Translations under genes and position numbers: made by a program
Shown here: positions 12,450 through 26,267 of the stretch, piece by piece
Position numbering within the stretch: the stretch's first letter is position 1
Layout: each line of letters starts with the position of its first letter
Source of the DNA: Eledone cirrhosa
Lineage: Eukaryota
Assembly (NCBI GenBank): GCA_964016885.1
Contig: OZ024741.1
Location: 384,090,001-384,154,000, forward strand
Length of the DNA: 64,000 bases
Reading direction: 5' to 3'
Notes under the pieces: generated by a model
Database searches by the model: none
What the model saw: only the letters and a program-made list of their open reading frames with translations
Told to the model about the DNA's origin: nothing

Positions 12450-13405
12450 GGAAAAAATGAAACGATATTTCATTTCCCACTCTTAGTACGGCTGTTACTT
12501 AAATATAAGTATGTACACGTACATACATATATGTATACCGACGTACAGTAGTATGTATATATATATATACATACATGCACACATATATATATGCACGTAT
12601 GGATTCACCGAACATTTATTATAATGCTCGGTGTGTTTGTAAACAAACATCCCGTATTAAGCCGTAGTGTCTAGCTACCACCGTTGCTCGTTTGTTCAAC
12701 ACTGACAAAGGAACGCTGTACTAGTTTCAAGCTTGTTAGCTATCGTCAGCAACGTATACCTTCCTGCCAGATTGTTGAACGTATATACTTACCTTATGCA
12801 TATTAACGGCTGAGTAGCCCAATTTGCATATCGAGTGGGTTAATCGGCCGAGTGCACCGAAAACGATAAACGGAAAAAATGAAACGATATTTCATTTCCC
12901 ACTCTTAGTACGGCTGTTACTTAAATATAAGTATGTACACGTACATACATATATGTATACCGACGTACAGTAGTATGTATATATATATATACATACATGC
13001 ACACATATATATATGCACGTATGGATTCACCGAACATTTATTATAATGCTCGGTGTGTTTGTAAACAAACATCCCGTATTAAGCCGTAGTGTCTAGCAAG
13101 GTATACGTTGCTGGAAGGTATACGTTGCTGACGATAGGTATACGTTGCAGGAAGGTATACGTTGCTGACGATAGCTAACAAGCTTGAAACTAGTACAGCG
13201 TTCCTTTGTCAGTGTTGAACAAACGAGCAACGGTGGTTGCTAGACACTACGGCTTAATACGGGATGTTTGTTTACAAACACACCGAGCATTATAATAAAT
13301 GTTCGGTGAATCCATACGTGCATATATATATGTGTGCATGTATGTATATATATACATACTACTGTACGTCGGTATACATATATGTATGTACGTGTACATA
13401 CTTAT
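12445..13405. mobile_element. Retrozyme-like family C: ~422 bp head-to-tail repeat (1.5 units) followed by an inverted copy
   Basis: Unit start aaacggaaaaaatgaaacgatattt at ~12445 and ~12868. Inversion begins after ~13097. Hammerheads at 12713-12755 (-) and 13159-13201 (+). Confidence 0.82.
13159..13201 (+). ncRNA. Type I hammerhead ribozyme (also 12713-12755 -, 14854-14896 -)
   Basis: acgttg CTGACGA t agct-aaca-agct t GAAAC ta GTA cagcgt. Confidence 0.85.
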
Positions 13406-14558
13406 ATATATATATATATATATGTATATGTGTGTGTGTGTGTCTGTGTGTGTGTGTGTACAATCTAATCCAAGAAGAGAGTGTAGAGATTAGTTTGTTA
13501 AAATTAAATGCCAGTAGCAAGTGAGGCAGCATGCTCAATGTGTATAGGATGCACGACAAGCGTTTAGAGAGGGCAAAACAAAGTATAATCTAAGCATTAA
13601 ATTTATAAGTCCGAGCAACGTCGACCATATGATGATGATTCATATATAACCTGTAACATTCTGTTTAAACTGAGAATGTGTTCGCATCGTTTACGCTTTT
13701 TCACTTACTCATATTCCAAACAATTAATATTCTCTGGAGATTTATTTTTTATTTCTCAATGGACGTCTTTATAAACTCCAACTATATAGTCATTCAAGCG
13801 CAACCGTGTCGCCAAATTATTTATTTCCATGTTAGGAAGAAGTCGACATGGGTTCATCATTTTGTCAGTAAGTGCAACCACTTTTCTGGTGTTCAATAAG
13901 TATATTCTGGGTCCATCATATTAAACATTCGTCATATATTTAGAAATGAGAATTTCCTGTTTGTCAATGATGAAAGAAATCGAAATAAATTTTGAATCAG
14001 TAGGCGGTTATAACATATATCAGTTACTGTCAATAAGCATCAAGGGGGTGCTGTGAGTCTTGTGGGTATACTTTGGTGATGCGTAAAGAACTGGAAAGAA
14101 TCAATAGCTATTTCATAACAGATGCCAATACGCAGCAGAGGCTGTAATGGTGTGCAATAAGTTAGAGAATTGACGAGCATTTGTGATGAATTAGATGTAC
14201 TTCCAGCAGAGCCTAATAACAAGTTAAAAGTCAATGGACAAATTACTACAGTTGTCAACATAAAAGTAGAAATTTCCAACAATTTTCAGTTACTTCCGAT
14301 TGTTTCTGATTCATCTCATCCATTTAACTAGTCACAAAAACGTATCATTCAACATGTACGTGCGTGTACGTGTGTGTGTGTGTGTGTGTGCATGCATGTG
14401 CGCATGAGTGTATACATTCATGCATACATACATTCATGCATACATACATACATACATTCATATATACATACGCACACATACATGCACACACACACACACA
14501 CATATATATATGTGTATATATATATATATATATATACATACATACATATATATATATT

Positions 14559-14589
<31 letters not shown>

Positions 14590-14610
14590 ATAGGTATATA
14601 TATATATATA

Positions 14611-14640
<30 letters not shown>

Positions 14641-14642
<2 letters not shown>

Positions 14643-15056
14643 AATAAGTATGTATATACGTACATACATATATGTATACAGGCGTACAATAGTATGTATA
14701 TATATATACATACATGCACACATATATATATATGTACGTATGGATTCACCGAACATTTATTATAATGCTCGGTGTGTTTGTAAACAAACATCCCGTATTA
14801 AGCCGTAGTGTCTAGCAACCATCGTTGCTCGTTTGTTCAACCCTGACAAAGGAACGCTGTACTAGTTTCAAGCTTATTAGCTATCGTCAGCAACGTATAC
14901 TTTCCTGCCAGATTGTTGAACGTATATACTTACCTTATGCATATTAACGACTGAGCAGCCTAATTTGTATATCGATTGGGTTAATCTGCCGGGTGCACCG
15001 AAAACGATAAACGGAAAAATGAAACGAAATTTCATTTCCCACTCTTAGTATGGCTG
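14641..15056 (-). mobile_element. One circularly permuted unit of family C
   Basis: Matches 12500-12915 (unit end followed by unit start) and contains a hammerhead at 14854-14896. Confidence 0.8.
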
Positions 15057-15573
15057 GTTCGTCTTTGTGGTTCATTGCAAGGGGATGCAGAACAATTATA
15101 TGAAAAATTATATGAAAAATATGTATATTCCCTTTCAGAAACTAATTACTATAATTTTCTTATTTTACGTCTTTCATATAATTGTTCTGCATCCCCTTGC
15201 ATTGAACCACAAAGTTACTAAGACAAAACCTATATATTTGCTTGCATAGGTATACATCTGTATATATATGTTGGTAGATATACTAATTCTTTATAATTAT
15301 CTCCAAATTATTTTGTTGACCAAAATATTTTTCCAAAATTACTACTATGGTTCATCGTATGAACTTGACTACTGTCTTTTTAACACCCCACTCCTCACTG
15401 ATTAACCTCGATGTCACGTGATTGATTCTTTTGAATTTGCCACCAACAAGATGGCAGTGATTATTTCAGTGTCTTGGAATTTAGTCCCCGCTTGCTCTTT
15501 TCCATCCACTGAATTATTATTTTTATATAAGTTCCCTGTGTCCGCGCATCGCCAGGTATCTTAGCTGATAATG

Positions 15574-15656
15574 ACTCCCTGATGAAGAAAAGGTTTCTCC
15601 ATAATCTCCATTTGGAGACTAACTATATTCCCTTTCAGAAACTAATTAGTTGGAGT
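15574..15656 (+). ncRNA. Hammerhead ribozyme motif with enlarged stem II, within element ~15060-15710
   Basis: actcc CTGATGA a gaaaagg..(~37 nt incl. tctcca-tt-tggaga)..cctttc a GAAAC taatta GTT ggagt. Confidence 0.72.
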
Positions 15657-15704
15657 GAAATTTAAGTAAGTAAGCTAATTACTATAATTTTCTTATTTTA
15701 CGTT

Positions 15705-15764
<60 letters not shown>

Positions 15765-16860
15765 TAAAACACGAAAATTCAGTGATGCATGTTACAATTG
15801 TTTCGCCGGCAGGTAGCTCGAGACATGATCACTGTATGGATCTGGCTGATTCTATAGCTGCAGGTTCCTTTGGACACGGGTAGTTCGTTCGGAGCAAATT
15901 TTCTCACTGGGGTGTTATCGTAAAAAACACCTTCAAAAACCATCTTCCACTCTTGTCATGCCATTGGCTGTTGCTATTCCACGTCATCTTAAGTTTTGGT
16001 CACTATTTACTGCTACACGGGTCATCAGCCATTTTCCGTCCGACACACTTCAATGGAGCCATGTTGGATTGGGTATCTCACACGTCTGTTCCCACTCCAG
16101 AGTATGTACCCACATATACACACTCACACACATACACACACACGCGCAGGCACAGACACATGCATGCATACGCATATGTATGCGTACATGTGTAGACACA
16201 CATACATACGCCCATGCACATATATACACGCATACACTCTGCCTCTTTTCCACAAACCCAGACACACCGGCATCCAGATACCGACCGCCACAAGCCTATT
16301 AGCGCCTGCCTAAGCAGCGCCATACATCCGGTCTCACACGCACGAATATGCACACACACGCGCAGACACACACGTCCACGCATACAAAGACACATATCGG
16401 CGTTCGGGCACATCAGCACATATATACACAAACACTCTCAGACACATACATGGATACACACGCACATACACGCATATCCTTATGGATAGGCATCAAGGAC
16501 AGACACACTTCCAAAGACATAAGCACACATACACACACACCTGTACATATATCTACACAGAAGTACGTGTACCCGCATATAAACACATAGACAAACCCTG
16601 TCCTATGTGAGTGTGCGTACTCACCCACACACACACTGACAGATACTCACACCATATATATATATATATATGTGTGTGTACATAGACACACACATACATA
16701 CACAAACATGCAGACACACACGCATACACATATACATATATGTCCATGCACACACACATACACATACGTACCTGTACACACATATGTCCATATGTGTACA
16801 CACAACCACGCAAACATACACATATATACACACATACGCGCGCACATATATCTACGTACA

Positions 16861-16896
<36 letters not shown>

Positions 16897-16902
<6 letters not shown>

Positions 16903-18604
16903 CAATAACAAAGAACGCCTATGGCATATGCATATCTTTACTTGCTAACATTGTTTCATCCGCACTATAAGTGGGACTCATCAGAGCATAAATGTTGATT
17001 ACATATCACACAAGCAATAACAAATCCAAGACATTGAAGAAATAAAGAATAAAAAATAATAAAAGATAAAAAATATTGAGGAAGTAAAAATAAAAATAAA
17101 CATTGAAAAATAAACATTGAAAAATAATTGAAAAATAAGGGGTGCTATATTTTGAATGTATTATCCGTGGTGGTGGGTCTTGCCTAATGTGGTATTTCTG
17201 TGTTTAATATCAGCTTTGACCCGGGTGTCCTACGCTGTGTGTGTGTGCGTGTGTGTCTGTGTATACATTTATATGTGTATGGGTGTAGGTGGTTGTATAT
17301 GTCTGTATATAAAAATATATAAATATGTATACCGTCTCTGCATATGCATGTGGTGTGTATATGTGCATATACGTGCAGAACATATAGGTGTGTATAATCT
17401 TGAGATGTCCCAATGCGGTGACTTCATGATAGCTATTTTTTATATATCTTTTGTATGCGCTGTTGAGTATGCATATTAACCCGCCTGACCCAACTGTATT
17501 TGCTTGCTTTCGGCTAGCCCGCCTGCACCTGCTTGCTTTCGGCCCACTTGTCCGCCTCTTGCTGCTGCACGTGAATTCTCCTACCTTCCTTCGATGTACC
17601 TCTGTTGACCAGTGGACTCCTGCCCGGGTGTGAACCGGTTTGTGATTACCCCACCGCTCAACTGTGTGAATGCACACCCGTGACTTTCGAATGAACTTTT
17701 GAGACTGCCCAACCTGGGACGTCTCCATTGCATTGCAATGGTCAAGTGATACTGATAACTGTGACACTTAGGGCCTTCGCGGGTCCCTGATATATTCAAG
17801 AAATATATTCTAAAAAAATATATATCTTATCTCAATTTACTTTATTTTATTTTATTTTATTTAATTTCATTTTATTTTATTTTATTTATTTAATTTTATT
17901 TAATTATATCTTATATTATATTATTTTATTTTAGTTTATTTTATTTTATTTTATTTTATTTTATTTTATCTTATTTTATTATTATATTATATTATATTTT
18001 ATTTTATATAATTTTAATTTTAATTTAATTTTATTTTATTTTATTTCATTCCTTACCCTGTATCACTATTATCTGTATATTTTATATGTATGTTTTTTAT
18101 ATTTTCTTATATATATTATATGTCTATTTTTTACCTATTTTTCACCTATTTTTTATCTATTCTTACATACTCCTATCTATCTTATCTATTCTTGTCTGTT
18201 CTCTTATCCATGTGTATGCTTGTATGTAACTATATGTTGACAGCACCCCGCCCAACTGTGACTGATAGCACCCCTTATTTTTCAATTATTTTTCAATGTT
18301 TATTTTTCAATGTTTATTTTTATTTTTACTTCCTCAATATTTTTTATCTTTTATTATTTTTTATTCTTTATTTCTTCAATGTCTTGGATTTGTTATTGCT
18401 TGTGTGATATGTAATCAACCTTTATGCTCTGATGAGTCCCACTTATAGTGCGGATGAAACAATGTTAGCAAGTAAAAATATGCATATGCCATAGGCGTTC
18501 TTTGTTATTGATTATATCACGGCTCTGTCCTCAGACATCGAGCTAACCTTATACTGCCTGTTGGATAAGTGGAGTGTTATACACCCCTGATCCTCTCCCT
18601 AATA

Positions 18605-18607
<3 letters not shown>
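16897..18607 (+). mobile_element. PLE-like element with ~250 bp inverted pseudo-LTRs (16897-17148 / 18265-18516), unpaired tail, (AT)n flanks
   Basis: Near-perfect inverted repeat with a hammerhead in each arm and an internal (TTTTA)n tract. Confidence 0.75.
18425..18470 (+). ncRNA. Minimal type I hammerhead ribozyme (mirror 16943-16988 on -)
   Basis: tgct CTGATGA gtcc-cacttatagtgc-ggat GAAAC aat GTT agca. Confidence 0.82.
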
Positions 18608-18654
<47 letters not shown>

Positions 18655-19882
18655 GCATACAAAATACACATACGTACACCTAACTACATACACACATACA
18701 AATACACACATATATATATAAAAAAAGCTCTATATGCATACGCACACCCACATATATACATACACATATACATGCACACATATATACATGTACATACATA
18801 TACATACGGACTGCCACATGCACATATGCATATTTGCTTACACACACATGCTTCCACATATACATATATAAACAAAACCGTAAAATAAATATACAATATA
18901 TAATAATAAAAAATACAATATACAATAAAATAACGATAAAATAACATAACATAAAATAACAATATAGTATACAATAAAATATACATATATATATATATAT
19001 ATATATACATGCATACATATGTATACATACATATATATATATATACACAATGGATATATGATAAAATAATAATAATAATAAAATGAATATATAATCCATC
19101 CGTACACATTCTTGTGAGATGTACACATATATATACACATAAATACACATACGTATAGAGACCCACATATACATACGCACATATATATATATACATACGC
19201 ACCCACATACACACACATACTCATACGCAGCTATACATATATATATATACATATATACATATATACATATACACACAGCCACATATGTACATACATGTAC
19301 ATGCATGCACACCCACACGTATAAGCTCATGCATATACGTACACATGCACACATACACACCCCCATACACAAACATGTATATATATATCTATCTACATAT
19401 ACCCACACATACATATACATACGCACAGGTCTACACATAAAAACACACATATAAACACAATAAGATAATACAATAAAATAAATAAATTTACAATATGTTA
19501 AAATACATTAAAATGTGTATGTAACTTCACAAAGAGATATATAAAAAAAGAGGGGAAGTATAGGAGGAGGTGCGTGTATCTATGTGATATACTACACACA
19601 GGTAGTATGAGGTGAAAACTTAGGTCCGTGTATGGAACAACAATAACAAAACGATAACAACAGTAATAATAATTGTCCCAAAGTGGAACATGTGGAGAGT
19701 ACATATTCACGATTGACGGGGCACACATTCAAGGGTACGCTTGGCCCGGTCACCATGGGTGTGCTGTTCTAAATATTTGGGGTGTTTACTGAAAGACCAT
19801 GGACCCCGTGTTAGCCGGTCCCGCCATAGGCGATGTACCCGCCCAATATTGCGTGCTCGATCAGGTGCGCACCCTGGTTTAC

Positions 19883-20597
19883 TTAAGAAAAAAAGTCCTG
19901 GCGTTTGGTGCGTACATGTTTGGGGTAAGGCGCATTAAACCAAGTAACGGCCTTAGATCTATTCCTTCGCGTGGGGAGAGTCGTGTTGGTGTGTCCTGGA
20001 CCCGATGCCAGTCCTGTGCTCTGCCCAGCCACAATTACATCTCCTGTGTTGTCTCTATCTATGTTCCCTCTATCGGCATCGGGGTTATGCCCCTCAGTTA
20101 TTAAGTTACGTCGTTCTATGTGGTCGGCTATACATCTACTCCCCTTAGGTATATGTGATGCTGCTGTCGGTGATGTGCCACTACAACCAGGCTGGGTGTG
20201 CTCTCTGGCGGGTGCCGCGTCCGTATGTGTCGATATCCTGTCTCTGGCCCCATTTGCCGCGGAGCATGCAGTGTGCGTGCCAGGCCCATGTCTCCGCGTA
20301 CTGGGTGGTCTCACTCCTATGGGTGCATTTGTCCTTCCTACGATCGGTCCTGTGTCATTAATGTTAGTTGTGTTGTTATTTGTGTTCCTAGAGACTGCTA
20401 CCGGGTCATTTCTTCTATCTATGGAGGCGCCCCCGCTATTGCCATTTCTGCACGCCTCATCACTTGGTTCTTCTTTGTCCGGGGTATACAGTACGGTGTC
20501 TGTGTAACCGGCCCTGCACAGTGCCTCATTATAATATTCGGCGTGCTGTTTAAACACGTCTGCGTTCGCCGACAGGGTGGATACGCGTTAACTATGG
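19883..20597 (-). pseudogene. Naiad-type Penelope-like element fragment (RT thumb/linker region)
   Basis: FKQHAEYYNEALCRAGY..VLY and RRNRSKAVTWFNAPYPKHVRT match the Naiad F....Y..AL...GY...L.Y / R.R.R...WFNPP....V.T pattern. The 5' end abuts (AT)n at 20598. Confidence 0.7.
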
Positions 20598-20635
<38 letters not shown>

Positions 20636-21116
20636 CCATAGTTAAACGGGTATCCAAACGCGTATCCACCCTATACAAATTAAAGTGAAAAATTAGAAAT
20701 AGAAGCCAGGACTATCCATCATCAGTGGTCTACTAGCCATCATAGATATTTCTTTGCATTAAAGACCAAATACCTCAGGATATCGCGATGCAATAACTAA
20801 AATAAGTTATTGGGATAAAAAGAATTGGGTGGAGAAAGAGAGACAGGTAAACAAACACGAAAGGTGAGGCAACGTAAAGAGAGGAAAAAATGAGAAAATC
20901 AAGTCAATGATTCATTTGAACATAAGAACTTACAAATATTAACGAGAAGACGAAAGACACATCTTAACCATGGGAAAGTAAGCGAGGAAAGAATTTCGCA
21001 CGGTGTGGGACGATGGAGGAAGTGAGAGAGAGGGTGAGTAGCAGAGAGTGAGTGAGTGAGTGAAAGTGTGAGGAAGAGGCTAGCAGAGAGAGAGGGTGAC
21101 TAGCAGAGGGGTTGAA

Positions 21117-21186
21117 TCAAAGTAAGAGGGAGAAGGAATCTTACTTTATTAACAAATACGGACCCCGTCTAAACACTTCTCCCTAA
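21117..21186 (+). pseudogene. GIY-YIG endonuclease C-terminus of a truncated Penelope-like element (element roughly 20635-22445)
   Basis: QSKREKESYFINKYGPRLNTSP* (R..KE..FI....P.LN). Confidence 0.55.
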
Positions 21187-21727
21187 GACGAACCCACAAC
21201 ATACACACGTCAACATACATACCTACATCAGCATAATCTCTATCCACATATAAACACAATGACAAACGTAAACACACATGTTCTATGGTGCAACACAAAT
21301 ATACACAAATTTGCATACCTTTTGATGTCTATAGATATAAACGTGCCGACACACACACATACATAAACGCACACATGCATTGCACACTGATGGGCACATA
21401 CATATTTGTACACAAGTATTCCAATACGGCAAGGCCTAATGGATTCCCCTTGCAGTGCGTACAATCTGAACACTCACACACACCTTGGTATTATGCCAAT
21501 ACTATATATCATTTCACACCTTTTATTATTAAGGTTTATGATGTTCTATTGAGAGAATCGTTTTTACTGAAAATATCGAATAATGTACACCATTTTACCA
21601 GTATCACAAAAATACTGGTCCACCCACACACACACACACACATTCTCACACACACACACATATATACACACACACACACATATATATATACACACACATA
21701 CACACGCGAACATTAACATACAAAGAG

Positions 21728-21791
<64 letters not shown>

Positions 21792-22441
21792 CTCCGTTTA
21801 AGACAAGAGCTGAAAAATATCCTTTAACATGTTAAAATATCCCCCACACACATACAGACACATTCCTACTGACCATCGCTCTACCACGAATTACTCTGCT
21901 ACACACACACACACACACACACACACACTTTTCTTAATAGGCATTTGAACTGTCAACAGGCTGCGGTTCGCACACACATCCCTGCTGACCATTATCACAA
22001 CAACGAACCTCTTTACTACTACTACACACACACACACATATTTGTTTTGAAAGACTTATTTTTCAGTGACTTAATCAGCCGACACAAACCTACATTTGGC
22101 GCAAAATCAATTTTTAACATTCACATGACCTCTACCGACCAATCAAAATTGTTTTGACCACAAGAATTTTTGCAATACGAATTGGCGCGAAACTTATTTT
22201 AATACGTCTGGAGCCACTTTTTTCACATAAAAACAGGTAGAATTTCCAAAACTAACCAGATTAGAGCAAACATCACGGACGCTCTATCTCAGAATTATTT
22301 TTGAAAAGCATTAGAAATGCGCAACCGGTAAAACTTAAAACCAAAACTGAATACTAAACAATACTATTACTAATTTTCACTCATTCCTAATTAAACTATT
22401 TTTCACTGTGAACAATTTGTCAGCATTTTCTTTTCCGTTTA

Positions 22442-22488
<47 letters not shown>

Positions 22489-22607
22489 ACCAACTACACA
22501 AACGAAGACGGTTGAGCTGCTTTACGTTGAGTACTCTCCATATTATTACATCAAGATTGACCATACGGAATTGACCAGCTCTATCCAGTGGTGAACCTTC
22601 AAACCTA

Positions 22608-22612
<5 letters not shown>

Positions 22613-22655
<43 letters not shown>

Positions 22656-22664
22656 ATGTATATG

Positions 22665-22740
<76 letters not shown>

Positions 22741-22829
22741 TATATGTATATATATATATATGTATATATATATATGTATATATATATATATGTGTATATA
22801 TATATATATATTTGTATATATATATATAT
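22613..22829. repeat. Compound (AT)n/(GT)n microsatellite
   Basis: Direct reading. One of many (AT)n tracts in the window. Confidence 0.95.
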
Positions 22830-23377
22830 CAATTATCTTTGTCAATTATCCTAATTTTATTATTAATCTGTTACGAACGTATTCATTCTTCCCCCCGCCC
22901 CCGATCATTTCAATAGATTACATTTTTTAACACATCTTACTTTTTCACTTTCTCTTTTCTTTTTTTACCGACTTTTTTCAGTCTCACAAGATTATCGTTG
23001 CTACAAAAAGCACAATACCTTCTAGTCGCCATATAAAATTCCATGCCTACCTTTTATGGCTTAGTTGCTGTAAGTTATTGTTTAAGCCTTGTCTTTTACT
23101 CCACGGACAGCGCTTTGGCTTTTGTCAGACGTTGTGACACCGGTTGGACCAGCAGTACCGTTGGTAGAGGTCGAAAGTGCCAGAGTCCATCTCAACGGCT
23201 GATCTCCTTGGAGTTTTGTGTCTTTCGTTTGTCCTTTCATTTTTAATGTTTCCCCTTTAAAAACATTTTTTCGTTCTGCCTTGTTTTCATTGGTTGTCTT
23301 CTCTTTGTCAATTATCCTAATTTTTCTCTCTCTCTCCCTCTCTCTCCCCCTCTCTATATCTCTCCCCCTCTCTCTAA

Positions 23378-23428
<51 letters not shown>

Positions 23429-23524
23429 GAACACTGGAAGGTAATACCCATAATGGGACGAGTTAGGTAGAAGTGGTAACACAACAGTTAGTTCACCATA
23501 CCGAGAACAATTGTTTCACCTTAA

Positions 23525-23562
23525 CGAGCTGAGGATCCGCTAAGATGAAACAATTGTTCTCG
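23525..23562 (+). ncRNA. Hammerhead-like motif of family A (related copy 11792-11826 on -)
   Basis: cgag CTGAGGA tccgctaagat GAAAC aatt GTT ctcg. The other copy reads CTGAAGA t cc-gcaa-gg t GAAAC aatt GTT. Each copy is individually imperfect. Confidence 0.6.
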
Positions 23563-23585
23563 GTGTGGTGAACTAACTGTTATGT

Positions 23586-23639
<54 letters not shown>

Positions 23640-23861
23640 GTGAGGTTTTTTTTACAAAATGAAAAATAACCGAGGTTTCCTACACGAGTGAAAGTATAAA
23701 GAAAAAGAGATGAAATCGAAAATGCAACTGGAGTCTTATTTTTTTTTTAAATATATATTTATTTGGTTCCTTTACCGGTTTCGCAGTTCGCAGGAACCAA
23801 ATAAATATATATTTTTTTTTAAAATAAGACTCCAGTTGCATTTTCGATTTCATCTCTTTTT

Positions 23862-23916
<55 letters not shown>

Positions 23917-23921
<5 letters not shown>

Positions 23922-24748
23922 ATACTTGGGGAGGTCATATTTGTGTAATATTGCCAGAATTAATAACACAGAACACACTCACTGTTTGGTTGGTTTTCGC
24001 TTTTCGCTTCTGTGTCTTTTATATCGGTAATCTAATTTATTCGGTCCTCAATGTTGCCATTGACTGAACAACGGTCAAAATTACAGATACAATATAGACA
24101 CAAACACATATATATAGTTTATCAAAGTTCTTTCGTTGCACATCTGCAACATCGTCAGTGTTGCTATTGTTTCCTCCTCCCGTTGCATTGTATTTTCTAC
24201 GCCATCTTTATTTAGTCTGTTTATATATTTATTTATTTGTTGTTTTTTTTTGTCTTTTTGCGCATCCGTTTGCGTGTGTGTATAGTGTTTTGTTTGATGT
24301 GTGTTCGTGATTGGGTGACTGTGTATTGGTTAATGTATTCTATCTTTAATAGTGCGTGTTTATATGTGTTTGTTGTTATTGTGTTTGTGTATGTATTTAT
24401 TTATTTATCTATTTATTTATTTATTTATACTTCTCTTAGGTCAGTGTTGTTTGTTTGGGTGTTGTTGTTATTCCATTCATTTTTTCTGTTTAGCCTTGGC
24501 CTTCTAAGTTCTATTTCACTGGCCTCTCTGATTTTCCTATCTGCTGCGTCATTTCTATGTTTAGATATTCTAATTTCTATGTTGTCTATGTTACCGTCGT
24601 GTTACACAGAAGCGAAAAGCGAAAACCAACCAAACAGTGAGTGTGTTCTGTTATTAATTCTGGCAATATTACCCAAATATGACCCTCCCCAAGTATAACA
24701 ATATTTGTTTCGACACACGATTTCATATAAAAAACCTCGCAAAACTAA
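23917..24748 (-). mobile_element. 5'-truncated Penelope-like element with ~100 bp inverted pseudo-LTR end (23917-24015 / 24604-24702)
   Basis: Minus strand ~24600-24465 encodes DGNIDNIEIRISKHRNDAADRKIREASEIELRRPRLNRKNEW (GIY-YIG C-terminus). Hammerhead CTGACGA t gttgca-gatg-tgcaac GAAA gaac TT at 24123-24160. Confidence 0.75.
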
Positions 24749-24779
24749 TATATATATATATTCAATATTATATGATATG

Positions 24780-25530
24780 AGGTCTTGGAGCAATATGGTC
24801 GACAGGGACTGTGTGTATCTTGGGAGGGATTTGTAAATGAGCGGAAAATAGAAGGAACTTTGGTCATGGGAGCCTTACAGACCATGGTTGCTAGTTGGCT
24901 CCGTCTATGACATGTTCCCTAATCCCACAAAACCAAAACGATTGAAAGTAGAAGAGAATTGTCTCTGCAAATGTGGGAAGGCTAGAATAATGAAGTACAT
25001 ACTCTCCAGTTGCCCACTAGGCCTGAAAAACAGATAAACATGGCGGCATTACTAGGTGCTTAGAGTGCTGGTTGAAAGAGAAGATGAAGAGGATGAAGTT
25101 TTGTAAAGAAGTAGAACGCTGCAAGCCAGCCACTGCAAGGAAGAATACTGAGCCGAAACGGGAAGGGATTTAGGAGGTCTCCGTTGACCTAGATGGCAAA
25201 TAACACTTCTCCCATTTTACTACTAAGAGACCCAGCCTCATCTTATGGTGGAAGGAAACGGTGATAAAGATGGTGGAGCTTTCTGTCTCTTGGGAAGTGA
25301 ACATCGATGATGTAATCAATAGGAAAGCTAGGAAGTACAGTGAGCTGGTTGAACTTTGTGAAACCACCGGATGGTGAAATCATGCTTCCTGTAGAGATAG
25401 ATGTCAGAAGATTTGTCGGAACCAGGGTTGAAGTCACTGCTTCGAGACTTTGGACGATATTATCGGAAGCAACTGAGAAAGCGAATCATTTAATCAGGCT
25501 CAAAAGAGAAGTTGAATGGTGCACCTGATA
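24780..25530 (+). pseudogene. Decayed HERO-like (restriction-like endonuclease) non-LTR retrotransposon 3' region
   Basis: KELWSWEPYR..VGSVYDMFPNP..CKCG..ILSSCPLGL..R*TWRH, RPSLILW..MVELSVSWE...RKARKYSEL, and PVEIDVRRFVG. Confidence 0.75.
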
Positions 25531-26267
25531 CATCGAGGTAGGTGTAGACTTCTCGCTTGGAGTCACAACATTTTCGTATTCGAATTTCATGCTGTTTAGG
25601 TGCATTGAGATGGACCACTTCACAAGATCTGACTTATCTAAGATTATGCAGTTGTACAGGATCTTCTTCGCCTAAATCGGTGGGTGGCCCACAAATAACT
25701 CTGTGTCGCGATGGAACAGGTGACAACTTCTTCAGAGTTACTTCACCACCTGATAAGGCATCAACTCCGACATTTGGAGATGGAGTACAGCATCACCCTC
25801 AGCACCTAAGAGTATTCACCTAGTATCATTGAAATTTTCTTTGCTTCTTATATATATATATATATATATACATATATATATACATATATACATAAAAGAA
25901 ATGAATACAAGGAGTTTAAAACCGTTAAAAGATGTTTATATAACAGTGCACCTACGTACGTTTCGCATATATATTCTTTATTATGACTAAGTGATGAGTC
26001 CTATTATTCTAGGGTTTCACCTATGTACTCACAGGATTATCAGACAATCTCCCTCAAATTTTACTATACTCTCTTAGTATAGCAAAATCGATAGAGATTG
26101 AATTTAAAATGTGGTCTCTGCTATACATAAAAACGGAATGATTGAAGCTGGAACTTCTTTGATCATAGGTCTGCTGAATCATATCCTACGTGGAACTAAA
26201 CAACACTAATATGCGATAAGTACTACACTTATTAATTAAAAATGTGTCCAGTAAGGTTTTAGTCTAA

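Noticed and set aside
13620-14340. Non-repetitive stretch that might be an exon or transposase relic
   Set aside because: Stops occur in all frames examined and there is no recognisable motif.
17210-17767. 185-aa minus-strand ORF inside the 16.9-18.6 kb element
   Set aside because: No recognisable domain, and part of it is microsatellite-derived.
20705-20735. CTGATGA tgga-tag-tcc on the minus strand; also isolated CTGATGA at ~44263 and ~55210
   Set aside because: No properly placed GAAA or closing stems.
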